From Squalus acanthias (lineage: Eukaryota), in contig CM059432.1 of NCBI GenBank assembly GCA_030390025.1, positions 35,466,001-35,530,000 of the forward strand: a stretch of 64,000 nucleotides of DNA, in the 5' to 3' direction. A program made the position numbers and the translations under genes. The notes under the pieces are model-generated. The model was not told where the DNA came from, did not search any database, and saw only the letters and a list, made by a program, of their open reading frames with translations. Below, piece after piece: positions 1-11,837 of the stretch. Position 1 is the first letter of the stretch. Each line of letters starts with the position of its first letter.

Positions 1-245
1 AATAATTTGAGACATGACATGTGGTAAGTGCTTTGGAGGAACAGGTGACTTTGGACCTATGGCTTCTAAAGCTCTCTACCACTGGGTTTTACCTCGCATC
101 ATGTCTGGGTCTGTTGTAGACGAATTGATAGAGATTATTTGCCAACAACTTAATTCTCATTGTATCATGTGACTACTGAGATGGTAGAAGGTGAACTAGA
201 TGGACCTTGGTCTTTTTTCGTCTAGCAATTCCTATGTTCCTATGT
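1..245 (+). mobile_element. CR1 LINE 3' end remnant
   Basis: Ends in the CR1-type tail TTCCTATGTTCCTATGT. Confidence 0.55.
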
Positions 246-770
246 AAGCTTCAATAGGCCAAATCTCAAGTTTGACTAGACACATAACATATTCATACAG
301 CTCTCCCTTTCCACACCAAATTGGGTGTTAAAAATAATTTAATATTGATTACCGTTGAAAAAGAGACAGAGTCCAGTTATTTTGATGGTGGGGGATTCGG
401 CAATGGTAATGCCATTGAATGTCAATGGGCGGTGGTTAGACTCTCACTTGTTGGAGATAGTCATTGCCTGGCACTTCTGTGGCGCAAATGTTACCTGCCA
501 CTTATCAGCCCAAGCCTGAATGTCGTCCAGGTCTTGTTGCATGCGGGCATGGACTGCTTCATTATCTGAGGAGTTGTGAATGGCACTGAACACTGTGCAG
601 TCATCAGCGAACATCCTCATTTCTGACCTTAAGTTGGAGGGAAGGCCATTGATGAAGCAGTTGAAGATGGCTGGGCCTAGGACACTGCCCTGAGGAACTC
701 CTGCAGCGATGTCCTGGAGCTGTGATGATTGACCGTCAATCACCACAACCATCTTCCTTTGTGCTAGGTA

Positions 771-1010
771 TAGAAACATAGAAACATAGAAACATAGAAT
801 CTAGGAGCAGGAGTAGGCCATTCAGCCCGTCGAGCCTGTTCCACCATTCAATACGATCATGGCTGATCATCCAAATCCAGTACCCTGTCCCTGCTTTAAT
901 CCCCACAGTACACATATCCCACCCTACCCCCGTAACCCCACGTATTTAATTCCCCCTAACATATCCCATCCTATCCCCATAACCCCACATATTTAATCCC
1001 CCCCTAACAC
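771..1010 (-). mobile_element. CR1 3'-tail insertion with short tandem repeats, nested in LINE A
   Basis: (TAGAAACA)x3 tail plus GGAGTAGGCCATTCAGCCC CR1 terminal motif; interrupts the RT region. Confidence 0.75.
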
Positions 1011-1704
1011 TAATGACTCCAGCCAGTGGAGAGTTTTCCCCCGATTCCCATTGACTTCAGTTTTACCAGGGCTCCTTCATGTCACACGCCGTCAAATGCT
1101 GCCTTGATGTCAAGGGAGTCACTCTCACCTCACCTCTGGAATTCAGCTCCTTTGTCCCTGTTTGGACCAAGGCTGTAATGAGGTCGGGAGCAGAGTGGTC
1201 TTGGCAGAACCTAAACTGGGCATCAGTGAGCAGGTTATTGGTGAGTAAGTGCCGCTTGATAGCACTGTCGATGACACCTTCCATCACTTTGCTGATGATT
1301 GAGAGTAGACTGATGGGGCAGTAATTAGTCGGATTGGATTTGTCCTGCTTTTTTGTGGACAGGACATACCTGGGCAGTTTTCCACATTGTCGGGTAGATG
1401 CCAGTGTTGTAGCTGTACTGGAACAGCTTGGCTAGAGGCGCGGCTAGTTCTGGAACACAAGTCTTCAGAAGGACAGCCGGGATGTTGTCGGGGCCCACAG
1501 CCTTTGCTGTATCCAGTGCGCTCAGCCGTTTCTTGATATCACGTGGAGTGAATCAAATTAGCTGAAGACTGGCTTCTGTGATGATGGGGACCTCAGGAGG
1601 AGGCCGATATGGATCATCCACTTGGTACTTCTGGCTGAAGATGGTTGTAAACGCTTCAGCCTTGTCTTTTGCACTCACGTGCTGGGCTCCATCGTCATTG
1701 AGGA

Positions 1705-2075
1705 ACGGTAGGATAGTGGTAATGTTACTGAACTAGTAATCCAAAGGCCTAGACTAATAATTTGAAGATAAGAGTTCAAATCCCACCATGGCAGGCTGGG
1801 AATTTAAATTCAATTAGCTAAAATAAATCTGGAAGAAAAAGCTAGTGTCAGTAATGGTGACCATGAAACTATTGGATTGTTGTAAAAAGCCATCTGGTTC
1901 AGGAATGTTCTTCAGGGAAGGAAATCTGTTGTTCTTACCTGGTCTGGCCTATATGTGACTCCAGACCCACAGCAATCTGGTTGACTCTTAACTACCCTCT
2001 GAAATGGCCTAGCTGGGCAATAAATGCTGGCCTTGCCAGTGATACCCACATCCTGTGAATGAATAATAAAAAAAA
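1705..2075 (+). mobile_element. tRNA-head SINE made of the LINE A 5' end plus the LINE A 3' tail
   Basis: A-box-like TAGGATAGTGG (1709), B-box GAGTTCAAATCC (1772). 3' end GGGCAATAAATGCTGGCCTTGCCAG...poly(A) matches the LINE A terminus. AGGA on both flanks. Confidence 0.85.
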
Positions 2076-3784
2076 GGATGGTGATATTCATGGAGCCTCT
2101 TCCTCCTGTTAGTTGTTGAATGGTTCACGACTGGATGTGGCAGGACTGCAGAGCTTTGATTTGATTGTGGGATTGCTTAGCCCTGTCTATAGCATGCTGC
2201 TTCTGTTTTTTAGCATGCATGTAGTCCTGTGTTGCAGCTTCCCCAGGTTGGCTCTTCTACACTCCTCATTGAACCAGGGTTGGTCTCCTGGCTTGATGGT
2301 AATGGTAGAGTGAGGGATATGCCGGGCCATGAGGTTACAGATTGTGGTGGAATACAATGCTGCTGCTGCTGCTGATGGCCCACAGCGCCTCATGGATGCC
2401 CAGTTTTGAGCTGCTAGATCTGTTCTGAATCTATCCCATTTAGCACGGTGGTAGTGCCACACAACACGATGGAGGGTGTCCTCAGTGTGAAGACGGGACT
2501 TCGTCTCCACAATGACTGTGCAGTGGTCACTGCTACCAATACTGTCATGGACAGATGCATCTGCGACAGGTAGATTGGTGAGGATGAGGTCAAGTAGGTT
2601 TTTCCCTCATGTTGGTTCTCTCACCACCTGTCGCAGGCCCAGACTGGCAGCTATGTCCTTCAGTACTTGGCCAGCTCGGTCAGTAGTGGTGCTACTGAGC
2701 CACTCTTGGTGATGGACATTGAAGTCCCACACCTAGAGTACATTCTGTGCCCTTGCTACCCTCAGTGCTTCTTCCAAGTGATGTTCAACATGGCGGAGTA
2801 CTGATTCATCAGCTGAGGGAGGGCAGTAGGTGGTAATCAGCAGGAGGTTTCTTTGCCCATGCTTGACCTGAAGCCATGAGACTTCACGGGGTCCGGAGTC
2901 AATGTTGAGGACTCCCAGGGCCACTCCTTCCCGACTGTATACCACTGTGCCGCCACCCCAGGTGGGTCTGTCCTGCCGGTGGGACAGGACATACCCAGGG
3001 ATGGTGATGGAGGAGTTTGCGACATTGGCTGAAAGGTATGATTCTGTGATTATGACTATGTCAGGCTGTTGCCTGACTGGTCTGTGGGACAGTTCTCCCA
3101 ATTTTGACACAAGTCCCCAGATGTTGGTGAGGAGGATTTGCAGGGTTGACTAGGCTAGTTGTGCCGTTGCCGTGTCCGTAGCCGGTGCCGAAGTCGATGC
3201 CGGGTGCTCTGTCCGGTTTCATTCTTATTATTTTGTTTCGTAGCGGTTTGTTACAACTGAGTGACTTGCTAGGCCATTTCAGAGGGCAGTTAAGAGTCAA
3301 CCACATTGCTGTGGGTCTGGAGTCACAGATAGGCCAGACCAGGTAAGGATGGCAGATTTCCTTCCCTAAAGGACATTAGTGAACCAGATGGGTTTTTATG
3401 ACAATCCGATAGTTTCATGGTCACCATTACTGATACTAGCTTTTTATTCCAGATATATTAAATTAACTGAATTTAAATTCCCCAGCTGTCATTAGTCCAG
3501 GCCTCTGGATTACTAGCCCAGTGACATTACCGTTCCCTTAGTCCCACTCTCTTTGGCCTTAACCCTTTTTTTTGGAGAATCATATAATTTACTGGGAAGC
3601 TTCCAACTGGATTATCTGGGTAAAAACACCATACAAATTCGGTCAATATTTATAAAGTACTGATCAGACATCTCAAAGTGCTTCACATACAATGAATGAC
3701 TAAAGTGCAGTGACTGTTGCTATTGTAGTGACTAAAATAAATAATATTATGGACTGGTGACGGTACCAGTGGAAAGACACTTCA

Positions 3785-4545
3785 CCTGGCCGCGCGCTCC
3801 CTCGCACCTGACGCCCTTGCGTTTAGCTGCCAGAAGCGCGCGCACCCGCAGGGGCGCACTTTGCTCTTTCCTCGCGAGTTGGGAACGGAGGCGCGCGCCC
3901 GCACTCTGGGGAATTATTGTGGAGCGCGCCTGTGTTTCCCCCCCCTGCCGCAATTTTAGGGTCTGTGTCTGCAGGCGCGCCCCCGGCAGAGGGCCGGCCC
4001 GCCATCCGCGTGCACGTACACACAGAGGAGCAAATATATTCAGCCAAAAAAAAAAATCAACAGAAGCAACAACATAAAAGAAAAAAAGAAAGCCCGGAAC
4101 CGAGATGGCGGAAGCGCTCATTGTGTGAAAGAGAGAGAAAAGAAAGAATATTCAGCCGGAGCAACTTTTAACTTAATTAAAGGTTTTATTTAAAAATACA
4201 AAGCGAAGAACCCCAGCTTGCTGGAAAAGAAAAGGATGAGGAAAGAAAATCTTCACTGATGCTGAATTCTTTGCAACATTTTTTTGCAACAAGGCAATAA
4301 TTTCACATTCAAAAATCTTTTTTGCAACAACGGGGGAGAAGAGGAAAGCAGGGATGAAGAGTTGCAAGAAAAAACTGCGAGTGTGAGAGAAGAGAGAGGA
4401 AATAATAAATTAATAAAACGAAGAAACCACTGCTTTTGCCGGCCGAGGAATGGCTTCGAAGGAGAGGCTGTACGAGCTGTGGATGTTGTACTTCACCAAG
4501 GTGAGTGCACACCTGTAGCGCGGGGCCAGGGCCGCTAGGCTCCTG
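3785..4545 (+). promoter_or_regulatory. CpG-island promoter and 5' UTR of the NBEAL gene
   Basis: Dense CpG/GCGCGC tract 3785-4115 in apparently unique sequence. YY1-like GATGGCGG (4104) overlaps ETS-like CGGAAG (4109). Lies directly upstream of the coding exon. Confidence 0.8.
4450..4500 (+). CDS. NBEAL2: First coding exon (17 codons, phase-0 end) of neurobeachin-like protein, probably NBEAL2 (NBEAL1 possible)
   Basis: ATG at 4450 in strong context (GGAATGG) gives MASKERLYELWMLYFTK, then AAG|GTGAGT donor at 4501. From memory, human NBEAL1 starts MASRERLFELWMLYCTK and NBEAL2 starts MAASERLYELWLLYYAQ, both with a 51-nt first coding segment. Y8, aromatic residue 15 and location in the CpG island favour NBEAL2. 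Family call is strong; paralogue call is about 0.6. Confidence 0.85.
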
Positions 4546-6296
4546 TCTCAACTCTTACCTTCGCTTGCAAAGAAAAGCACATATTAAAAGAAATCGATGG
4601 TCAATGCACCGTGACAAAAGCAACCAGATGCTTTTTGCGTTGCGTTGTTGTGTTTGAGATTCATCTTTTAATTCTACTTTTATTTTCTTCCTTATTAATG
4701 TAAACGCGATTCCTCGTTTGGGAGAATTATTATTGCACGATGGTTGGAGGTTGCTATCTCTGTTTATGCTGATTTAGAAAATGTTTATTGGTTGAATTTA
4801 TATATATGTGTGTGTGTGTAGCCGGCCTTACTGTGTTTGAAGGTAGGAGAGTTGTAGAATATCTTTAATTTCCCTCTCCTCCCCGCCCCCGCCAATTTAT
4901 GATTTATTTAATCAGGTTTTTAAATGCAATTCAAGACTTGTTGTGGCCAAAAAATGCATTGAGTTTTTTTTAATATAATGTCCTTTAGGCAGAGTGTGGC
5001 TTGTATTTTATTTGTGGCCAGTTTAATTTTTTTTTAGAAGAGTTGTCTGAAAATAAGAGTTGGAGTGATATTCAGATGGAGAGAGGGGGGAAGGGCGTGT
5101 TGCCGACCGATTCGCATTATAAGTGTTAAACTGGTTCATTCTTGGCTATAGTGTGGTGTGTTTATTCAGAGAGCAAAAAACATCTCGCTATTTCTGGTGT
5201 CAAAGCGAGATCCAATGCAATCGGTGCAGCCACAGTCCAATATAAGTCAATTCTAATCGGTTTCCAATGCGTGATATCTGGGATTGTATACCCCCGGGTT
5301 TAGGATTGGTTACATTGCATCTGTCTAAAATCTGGCTGCTCCTTAAAGTTTTCAAATGGCATGTGTTGTACTGGAAGAAAATGAATTGTTTTTTTCATTC
5401 GTGTCACCATTTCCTGAAGGTGGTGTTATTTTTGTTGCAGTGGATTATTTATAGTGATTGGTTTGGGTGCAATACTGTTTATATATACATATATAATGTG
5501 TGCATTGTGTTGGAAACGGCAATTCCCATGGCAGGGTTTGTCTGAGGATTGGATTGGATTAGCTTTTGCTTCAGGGACTGAAGCAGTAGGCTGTGCTGGG
5601 TCCTCGGATGGAGCCACTCCTTGGACTCTCCGGCGCAGGCTGTGTACATTTGTGTGGAATTCAACCCTCAAAATCGAACCCCTTTATGGGCATCACACAA
5701 GACTTTTGAAAAAAATTCCAGGGAATCGAGCCGACTTTCTATTTCCCACTGATTTATCTCTTGCCCACAGCGCCTCATCTCCCTTTCGAGATTTGGGCGA
5801 GGCCATGACAAAGTGCTGGTCTGTCCGGAGGTCCAGGTAGAGCCTCAAAATCCTTCCCCACCCCACCCCCTCCCATCCCCATCCCATCCCACTTCTCTCC
5901 TTCAGACACTGACTTGTGCTGGGGTGCCCCAGGGTACCTCACCCAAGTGACTAGGCAGTGATTATTGGTGACTATTTGACTCTGGGAGGCATCACAAGCA
6001 ACCCAAATGTGTCTGCACATGTAGCAATCAGCTGTGGGAACCATGTCATTTTTTTTTCCCCTTCCTAGCTCAGAGGCTTTGACAAGAAACTTACTCCATG
6101 ATTCAATTCAGTGATCAGATTTGAAGAAAGCATTTGGGCGTACAGACGGGTTTGGCAGCATTATTTTATGACTTCTGGGGATTAATTCTACACAAAAAGG
6201 ATTACATGATTAACCCGTATTCTTTTTTAAAAGGAGTTCAAGACTGATAGTGTAATAACTACGATCAGTGCTTTAGGGGTTAAACAAGTATGTGCA

Positions 6297-6500
6297 AGGA
6301 CTGGATAATGCATTAGTGTAATGTACAGTTCTTTCACCTCTAGGGTCTGGGTTCAAATGCAGACTGAGGAGATGAAAGTCTCTTCTGTCTGCTGACTGTA
6401 AGGACTCTACATGAAATGAGTTTTGGGACATTCAGTCCAGTTCCTGGTGGGGGTAGGACTCTCAGCATAACACTGCCACTGTATTGACATCCATTGACAC
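6297..6500 (+). mobile_element. LF-SINE-like ancient SINE relic (5' half)
   Basis: Ordered blocks GGACTGGAT, CTTTCACCTCTAGG, CTGGGTTCAAAT, TGAAATGAGTT and TCAGTCCAGTTCCT match the LF-SINE consensus as I recall it. Confidence 0.65.
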
Positions 6501-7184
6501 TAAGTTGACTCAGCATGCCCATAGGATGGTTAATGTGGGAAGATCAAATGGCAAACTATTCGGGAAATGGATGCTCTTTTAAGGTTAAGGTAGCACCAGG
6601 ACCTGTGACTCCAGAACTCTGGCAGCCTTGCCTCCCTTCTTGCACCCTTGCACTTGCTCTCCCCGCCCCTTAGAAGCTCAATGCCCCCAGACGTTCATTA
6701 CTACTGCTTCAACCTTCCCCCTCCCCCCGCCCTGCTCCCATTTCAGGCCTCCACTAACACCACCGCCTGCTGCCAGCAGGTGCATGAGAGGCAGACCAAA
6801 GCCAACTCTGTTCATGTCAGGAAGTGCAGAATATTCTTTGCCACCACCTCCAGTAATAACAAGACTGCGATGGTGAATTCAGTGTGGTGGGGGGGGGGGG
6901 GCGGTTGCACATTCTTCCTGCTCTGTGGTGTGTGTGTGTGAGTGAAGGGAATGTGTTGGTGAAAGGGTTAAGTTGAAGCTCTCCAGACTAGAGTTTGTAC
7001 TCTGCTGCTGTTAGAACTAAGTAAATGGTAAACAGTGAGTACATCAGAACAGTTCTGTGGAGTGGCCAAATGGAGCGTGAGCTTACAAGTATCGTGCTTA
7101 GAAAACTCATGTGACTCAGAGCAAACACGGATTCTCACATGGTTTGTTTGGAAAGTGGAAACTACAAAGCGTTGCAGTAAGAAG

Positions 7185-7567
7185 AATAACTTGTTATATA
7201 GTACCTTTCACGACCTCTGGATGTCCCAAAGCGCTTTACAACTAATGAAATACTTTTTGAAGTGCAGTCACTGTTGTAATGTAGGGAATACAGCTGGCAA
7301 TTTGCACACTGCCAGGTACTACAAACAGTAATGAAATAATGATCAGATAATCTAGTGTTGTTGGTTGAGGGGTAAATATTGGACAGAACAGTAGGAGAAC
7401 TCTCCTGGTGGTCTTTGAATCGTGCCATGGGAACTTTCACATGCACCCGAGATGGCACCTCCGACGGTGCAGCTGGGATTATGAGCTCATGTTTCTGGAG
7501 TGGGGCTTGAACCCACAACCTTCTGATGTAGAGGTGAGAGTGCTACCACTGTGCCAAGGCTGACACT
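7185..7567 (-). mobile_element. Deu-domain SINE (SacSINE1-like), internally deleted
   Basis: Reverse complement of the tRNA head, Deu-like core and L2-type tail seen at 17148-17595. Confidence 0.8.
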
Positions 7568-8639
7568 ACTGTCCTGCCACTTTGGACGGGGACACTGGCC
7601 TATTTTGAGGTCTGCTGGAAAATCGAGCCGGGTCACCCTCAAGCAGGCAGTAGGTTGTATTTTTTTTTAAATTTGATTGCCTACTGCCTGAATTTTCAGC
7701 ATGTACAGGGCAGTAGGAGGATGATAATCAGCCCCAATGAAAATCTGCACCGTCTCGTTGACCATGACATCCTTCCTAAAGGAAGGTACCCAAAACTGGA
7801 TGCAATATTCTTGGATTGTTTGTAGTCTGGCTGGAGTCCCTCTCCAAACCTCTTCACCTTTCCACCTTTATCTCCTCCTTAAAACCTACCTCTTTGACCA
7901 AGCATTTGGTCACCCATCCAAATATCTCCTTCTTCAATTTTAAAATAAAAAAATATATATAAATTGGACCAATAGGCGTGGTACTGAGTTGCCCTGATGT
8001 TACCTGAAGAAATCAGCAGCACAAAGTCACTAATAATACGAGAAAAAAAAAATCTCCTTCTTTGGCTCAGTATCAATTTTTGTCTGATTTACATTCCTGT
8101 GAAGCACCTTGGGACATTTAACTGTGTTAAAGGTGCTATATAAATGCAAGCTGTTGCTGGAGTTGGCCAGTCACCGTATGGTTTGTAGCTTTCTCGTGTC
8201 TTGCTCCAGTCACGTAGGCATTTGTTTTTCAAGTGAGAGAGAGCAGCATTCGGTGTGTGCATCAATGTGGGCTGTCCTGTGTGAAGCCCTCCCAGCTGTC
8301 AGCGATGTGTTGCTTCCCACTGTGGGGATGTTTGCTTTATTTCAGCTCATATAAGAGCACCTTCTTTGTATGGCTACTGGTCGACATCTGAAGAACATGG
8401 CTAAACCAACTATTAAACTGAACCACCAATGCAATCTTTGGGTCTTCTACTTTGGGAATCTTGGTTATAGTTCAGGAAGAGTAGGTTCATTTGCCCCATC
8501 TGTTGAGTTCAATTATCTGTGGTGTTTCTTTTCCAAGCTTATATACAGAGGAGAACAATGGCTCGATGGATTGTATTTGGGACTTCAAACTTGAGTACCC
8601 CTCTCTAACGTTCGTGCCTTCTCACCTGAAGGCACTGAC

Positions 8640-8990
8640 TCTTGCTGGAATACAGTTCCATGCGCTCCAACTACCCTCCACCCTTGTTCCTTGCCCAAGC
8701 ACCCGTTCTTCATGTGTGACCCTGGAAATTGAATATCACCAGGCTCTTCAACTGTGGAAGGAATTGCAGCTTCATCTTGTCCTCACCCAATTTTCACAGG
8801 GACACTGGCTGAATTTGCTCCCCCACCCCAAGGGCACTGAGGCCAGTTGTAGCTCCCCAACTGCCACCTTGATTAAGATCAGCTCACTGAGCACAGATTG
8901 GGAGGTTCAATGTGGGATCTTCTTGGTCTGTATGACTAGGTACCTCATTGGGCAATACATTTACTCACTGAGCCGCCAGAGATGAGCTAA
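8640..8990 (-). mobile_element. Unclassified old SINE-like repeat (related copies near 11880-12090, 23690-23990, 29400-29730, 39500-39650, 47490-47690, 50750-51090, 52090-52420)
   Basis: Shared motifs CACTGAGGCCAGTTGTAG and AGCACAGACC, or their reverse complements, recur at these sites. Confidence 0.55.
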
Positions 8991-9369
8991 ATTAAATTTG
9001 TATCATAATGATCAAAAGAAACCCCAACAAATGCCACTGGAGAAGCTGGAATTAAAAAATGATGGTATCTTTGGTCATGCAGTGGCCTTGAACACTAATG
9101 CACTCACGCAGGAGAGTGAAAATTTGATTGTCCCGTTCTGTTCAGTTCAGATCTGAACCTGTCTGGGCATGTAGTTCCTGTCAGCCACCCAAGGCAAGCA
9201 TTGGGGGAGGCCTAGGGAGCAGGTTGTATGTCTAACCTCTCATCAGAGAGGCCCGCGTCTAGGCAGAACTGAGATACAGATAGGCAAGCTCCCCGATTCT
9301 AAGAGGGAAAGGGAGCATCTTTAAGCTATATGTACTACAACGTCGCAGATTTGAGCCCAAGGGAGTTAA

Positions 9370-9805
9370 AAAGAAAGACTTGCGACCACCAGGTGTCCCA
9401 AAGCGCTTTACAGCCAATTAAGTACTTTATGAAGTGCAGTCACTGTTGTAATGTAGGAAGCCAAGTTGCGCACAGCAAGCTCCCTCAAACAACAATGTGA
9501 TAATGACCAGATAGTGTTTTAGTGATGTTGATTGAGGGATAAATATTGGCCAGGACACTGGGGATAACTCCCCTGCTCTTCTTCGAAGTAGTGCCATAGG
9601 ATCTTTTACGTCCACCTCAGATGGCAGACGGGGCCTCAGTTCAACATCTCATCCAAAAGATGGCACCTCCAACTCTGCAGCACTCCTCAGTACTGCACTG
9701 GAGTGTCAGCCTAGACTTTTTGTGCTCAAGTCTCTGGAGCGGGACTTGAACGCACAACTTTCTGACTTGGAGGCAAATGTGCTACCAACTGAGCCACAGC
9801 TGATC
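9370..9805 (-). mobile_element. Deu-domain SINE (SacSINE1-like)
   Basis: Near full-length head, core and tail in reverse orientation. Confidence 0.85.
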
Positions 9806-9894
9806 TCAGCTGGGGAAGTTGTGGAGACGGGGGCTACAATTTGCTGCTGGAACCCTGAGTTAGGAAAGTGAAACCTTGCCTGGGCTTTTTAATT

Positions 9895-10205
9895 TGTTCT
9901 CTGAATGTGGGTTTCTCACTTTTTGCCTATCTCTTGTTGCCCTGAGTAGATGGTGAGTCTTACTGCTCACTTCAGAGGTCATAGGAGTCAACCACATATA
10001 TTGGAACTAGAGTCAAATGTAGGTTAGACCGGGTTCCCTTCCGTGAAGTATATTAATGAACCAGCTGGATTTTAAGGCAATCCAACAACTTTCATTATTT
10101 TTCTGGGTCCAACCCACGCATACCAGATTTATTGAATTCAGTTTCACAACTGCCATGATGGGATTTGAACTCTCATCCTCCGGGTTGTTAGTCTAGTACC
10201 ACAGC
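9895..10205 (-). mobile_element. Degenerate LINE A head+tail SINE
   Basis: GGGATTTGAACTC B box, GAGTCAACCACAT body and degenerate LINE A tail. Confidence 0.65.
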
Positions 10206-10659
10206 ATTCTTAATCATGATCAAGCAATACCTGGTGGAAGGGCACTGGTGAAAGACAGGGATGGGCTGTGGCTGTGATGCAAACCTGCGGTTGAACAACC
10301 TCCCCCCTTGCTATCCAGATCCACCCATAAAGAGTAGCTCCTTGGGACAGGTACTAGAGATTGGCCAACGTTCACAGAACTGCACCTCAGCAAGAACCAG
10401 CGCCCTCTGGATCGGAGCGGAGAAAATGGAAAAAGAAATGCATGGAAATAAGACTGCGTTTAAAAAACAAAATGTGTGTCTCTGCTGATGTTGGTGTGCT
10501 GTGTTGTGACCAGTGACATGTGCAAGCCTGTTCTGGTAGTATCAGCGCTCAATGTTTCAACAAAAAATATAATTAACGTGGAAATAAAAACAGAAATAGA
10601 CGGAAGGAGGGTTGGAGTAAGGTCAAGTAGAGGTCTTCAGAGGATTTTGTTTGAAAGAT

Positions 10660-11090
10660 AAAGACAAAGAATTTGCATTTCTATAGCGCCTTTCACATCC
10701 TCACCACATTCCAAAATGTTTCACAGCCAATGAAGTACTTCTGAAGTGTAGTCATTGCTAAAATGTAGGAAACACATTAGCCAATTTGCAAGGTCCCACA
10801 AACCTCAATGACATAATAAGCTGTTTTAGTGATGTTGGTTGAGGGATAAATGACACCGGGAGAACTCCCCTGCTCTTCAAATAGTGCCGTGGAATCTTTT
10901 ACGTCCACCTGAGAGAGCAGACAGGGTCTCGGTTTTAATGTCTCATCCAAAAGACGACACCTCTGACAATGCAGCATTTCTCCTCAGGCATCAGCTGAGA
11001 TTCTTGTGCTCAAGTCTCTGGCATGGAGATTTGAACTCTAGCCTTCTGACTCTGAGGTGAGCGTGCTACCACTGAGCCATGGCTGACACC
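10660..11090 (-). mobile_element. Deu-domain SINE (SacSINE1-like)
   Basis: Same family, reverse strand. Confidence 0.85.
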
Positions 11091-11263
11091 GAAAGCAGTT
11101 TTGGGAAGATAATGCCACAGAGCAGGGATGTAGTGATAGAAAGATAAGCCACCTATGGAGGGAGGGAGAGGGGAATCAACAGTAATCCAGTGTTGGAGGA
11201 ACAGAAGGCCTATGACTGCTCAGATAAAGTGTTGCAAAACTATCGATGAATTAAAGGACAAGA

Positions 11264-11381
11264 GGGTAGATCTTTGACTTTGTACGATAGTGTAAAACGG
11301 GTGATAGTGGAGAGATGTAAAACGGGCTGCCGATTCACTATCACTTGTTTTACACTATTGCACAAAGTCAAAATCTATCCC
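11264..11381. mobile_element. MITE-like 118-bp hairpin element
   Basis: About 45-bp imperfect inverted arms GGGTAGATCTTTGACTTTGT...ACAAAGTCAAAATCTATCCC. Confidence 0.7.
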
Positions 11382-11837
11382 ATGGACTTTGAGGCTGATA
11401 TTCTAGCACACAGCAAGACAGTGGTACTTAGCTAGTGAAAAACCAGGAAGACATGACTAGCATCACAAAAGATGGATTGTGATCTCCTTCACTTACAATA
11501 TGCATCAACTCTATTCATTTTTAAAATTTGGATTACTTTATTTCCTTTGGTGAAATCTAATAAAACTTCTGTTCCTGTCATTATTGTCTCTGCCTGTCTG
11601 ACTGATTCTTGTACATTTAAGATTTTTATTCTTTTCTTGTAAGTTTTCTATGGTCAGTTGGCGAATGTAAGTTTTAATTTAAATATAAAAATGCGCACAC
11701 AAGATGGGAACAGAATTGGGAAGCAGACTTTAGAAACTCACTCTACAGAACCACCTAGAGGCAAGATCCTGCAACTACACCATGACCGTTGACAGCAAAA
11801 TTGAATGGGGAAATGTTGACTTAGCAATTTACAATGG

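Larger units (their letters stand above)
380..3535 (-). mobile_element. LINE family A (CR1/L2-group APE-RT), degenerate copy with SINE-like 5' head; 3' end missing
   Basis: ORF fragments 2733-3110 (APE, QQPDIVIITESYL), 2187-2510, 1063-1287 and 444-779 (RT, GVPQGSVLGP...FADD) are collinear with the copy at 13739-16770. 3235-3535 matches the head of the SINE at 1705-2075. Confidence 0.92.

Noticed and set aside
3747..4171. Overlapping 74-124-aa ORFs in the GC-rich block
   Set aside because: Stop-poor CpG-island sequence with no recognisable protein motifs.
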